From: an uncultured Rivularia sp.
Lineage (GTDB): Bacteria; Cyanobacteriota; Cyanobacteriia; Cyanobacteriales; Nostocaceae
Assembly (NCBI GenBank): GCA_963665115.1
Contig: OY762007.1
Location: 7,904,001 to 7,968,000, forward strand
Length of the DNA stretch: 64,000 nt
Direction of reading: 5' to 3'
Shown: in pieces, positions 62,007-64,000 of the stretch
How positions within the stretch are numbered: the stretch's first letter is position 1
Layout: every line of letters starts with the position of its first letter
Translations under genes and position numbers: made by a program
Notes under the pieces: model-generated
The model's database searches: none
What the model saw: only the letters and a program-made list of their open reading frames with translations
What the model was told of the DNA's origin: nothing

Positions 62007-63051
62007 TCACCCCATTTGAATTTGCATTCACATTCTCTTTCACATAAACATCTCGAATTGGAAATGGAATTGAAATATTTTCTTGGTTGTAACGCTTATG
62101 CAGTTTCTTAACAAACAAATGTTTTGCGATTCTTTGATCGAAAAACTCGCTGATTCGCATATAAAGAGTAAAATCTATACTGAAATCATTAAAAGTGTGG
62201 AATCTGATAAAAGGTTCGTTTTCAATTAAATCTGGGGCAATTTCTTGCATTACTTCTTTAGCAACTTCTACGGTAATTCTTTCAACTTGTTCCAAATCGC
62301 TATCATAACTTACACCCACATCCATAGTTAATGTAAGTTGCTTTGTTGGCAAATGATAGTTAGTAAAGTTAGCTGAAGCTAATTTTAAATTTGGTACGAT
62401 AATAGTATTTTTGGAAAGTTCTTCAATTGTAATATTGCGCCAGGTAATATCAGTAATATAACCTTCCTCTTCGCTGTCTAATTTAATATAATCTCCTGTT
62501 TTAACTTGTTTGGAAAGGATTAAGTAAAATCCAGAAAATAAGTTTGCTAAAGTATCTTGAAGCGCTAAGCCAACCGCTAAACCGCTAATTCCTAAAGTTG
62601 TGATAATCGGGGTAATTTCAATTCCTATGGTTTGGAATATTATTAACGCTCCCAAAACCATAACAACAGTTTTGATAATATTAGAAATAAGCGATACAGA
62701 AACACCTTCCGTTCGCTGCATAAATAAATTGACAAAACCAGCCGCAAGACGCGCCAAAACTAATGTCACCGTAAACAGAAAAATTGCAATGACAATTTTT
62801 TGCAGAGCAGTGTTAACATCATCTTTGAGCGAATAACTTAGAATAGCTCCGAAAAAACCAGCAAGCATAAACCAGGTAAAAGGAATGCGTTGCAAAGAGC
62901 TAAATATAATATCGCTCCCCGGTATATCCTTTCTAGCAACAACACTTTTTAATCTACTAAAAACAACTTTTTCCGCAATTATTCCAGCTATTAAGCCAGC
63001 TAGAACAAACAAAAGAGGTTTAATAAACGGTTCAATCCATTCAATCGACAT
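61993..63051 (-). CDS. MscS family mechanosensitive channel
   Basis: LAVGLALQDTLANLFSG, GDYI, IIVPN, VGVSYDSDL, ISIPFP. Confidence 0.9.
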   Translation of the reverse strand: MSIEWIEPFIKPLLFVLAGLIAGIIAEKVVFSRLKSVVARKDIPGSDIIFSSLQRIPFTWFMLAGFFGAILSYSLKDDVNTALQKIVIAIFLFTVTLVLARLAAGFVNLFMQRTEGVSVSLISNIIKTVVMVLGALIIFQTIGIEITPIITTLGISGLAVGLALQDTLANLFSGFYLILSKQVKTGDYIKLDSEEEGYITDITWRNITIEELSKNTIIVPNLKLASANFTNYHLPTKQLTLTMDVGVSYDSDLEQVERITVEVAKEVMQEIAPDLIENEPFIRFHTFNDFSIDFTLYMRISEFFDQRIAKHLFVKKLHKRYNQENISIPFPIRDVYVKENVNANSNGVILSQ

Positions 63052-63284
63052 AACAATCTTGGATTCTCGATTTTGAATTAGACTATCACGATGGGGTAAT
63101 GCGAAATATTTAATTTGAGAAATGTTAAATGGGGAATTGGTAATTGGTAATTGGTAATTGGTAATGGGAGATGAAAATAAGGAGCAAGATGCTACAATTG
63201 CAGGCTTTTTGATTTTCAAAGCAAAAACAACTATAGAATTCTTAATTACTCACTACTTGCTACTTCCTACTCATAACTCTTTTC

Positions 63285-64000
63285 ATGTCTTTACCAATCA
63301 TCTACCATCCTGACTACGTTACCCCTTTACCGGATGCTCATCGTTTCCCGATGCCAAAGTTTCGCTTGCTTTACGAATTGCTTTTATCCGATAGAGTAGC
63401 GGATTTACAGCAGTTTCATGCACCGCAACGCCCAAATCAAGAAGCTATCGAATTAGTTCATACACCGGAATTTGTAGAAGCTTACTTAAAAGGAAACCCT
63501 CGATACCAAAGCGCAACGCCGCATCGGTTTACCTTGGAGTCCGCAATTAGTAAATCGTACCTGCACGGCGGTTGGTGGTACAATTTTAGCGGCGAAACTG
63601 GCATTAAGTAAAGGTTTAGCTTGCAATACAGCAGGGGGAACTCATCATGCTTTCCCCAGTTACGGCTCTGGTTTTTGTATTTTCAATGATTTCGCGATCG
63701 CAACTCGTGTCATCCAAAAACTCAACCTCGCACAAAAAATCCTCATCGTCGATTTAGACGTGCATCAAGGTGATGGCACAGCTTTTGTATTTCAAGATGA
63801 CGACAGCGTTTTTACTTTCTCGATGCATTGTGAAGTTAACTTTCCCGGTAAAAAGCAAAAAAGCGATTTAGATGTACCTCTTCCCGAAGGAATGGAAGAT
63901 GACGAATATTTACAAACTTTAGCAAAATACTTACCGGATTTACTCGCAAACGTCAGACCAGATTTAGTATTATATGATGCCGGAGTTGATACACACATCG
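63285..64000 (+). CDS. Histone deacetylase family protein (partial; +1 frameshift near 63495)
   Basis: HRFPMPKF, then in the next frame GGTHHA, GFCIFND, DLDVHQGDGT, YDAGVD. Confidence 0.9.

Overview
AT-rich chromosomal window from a filamentous, probably heterocyst-forming (Nostocales-like) cyanobacterium. The taxon is inferred from frequent HIP1 octamers (GCGATCGC) and heptamer STRR arrays. It carries about 45 genes, mostly housekeeping or metabolic. The main block is a ~14.5 kb co-oriented carbon-catabolism cluster, xfp-glgP-ldhA-gap1-pyk-(gpmA pseudogene)-tal-orf-ackA, which looks like a glycogen-fuelled, bifid-shunt-like lactate/acetate fermentation module. A small defence/TA hotspot lies next to uvrA. 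It holds a HindVP-type restriction enzyme remnant, a GFA gene, antitoxin/PIN remnants, a fused nucleotidyltransferase gene boxed by 56-bp direct repeats, and a DUF262-HNH gene. There is also an uncharacterised Zn-ribbon plus tandem winged-helix-like gene pair. Intergenic DNA is dense with small non-autonomous elements: a TA-flanked MITE family with nested inserts, GTAG-capped REP/REPIN palindromes, a ~270-bp composite element with a conserved 60-bp core, and strand-polarised STRRs. Six genes show a single +1 homopolymer frameshift, which is most likely assembly error. No rRNA, tRNA, CRISPR array or transposase was seen. All calls come from reading motifs by eye; no database searches were run.
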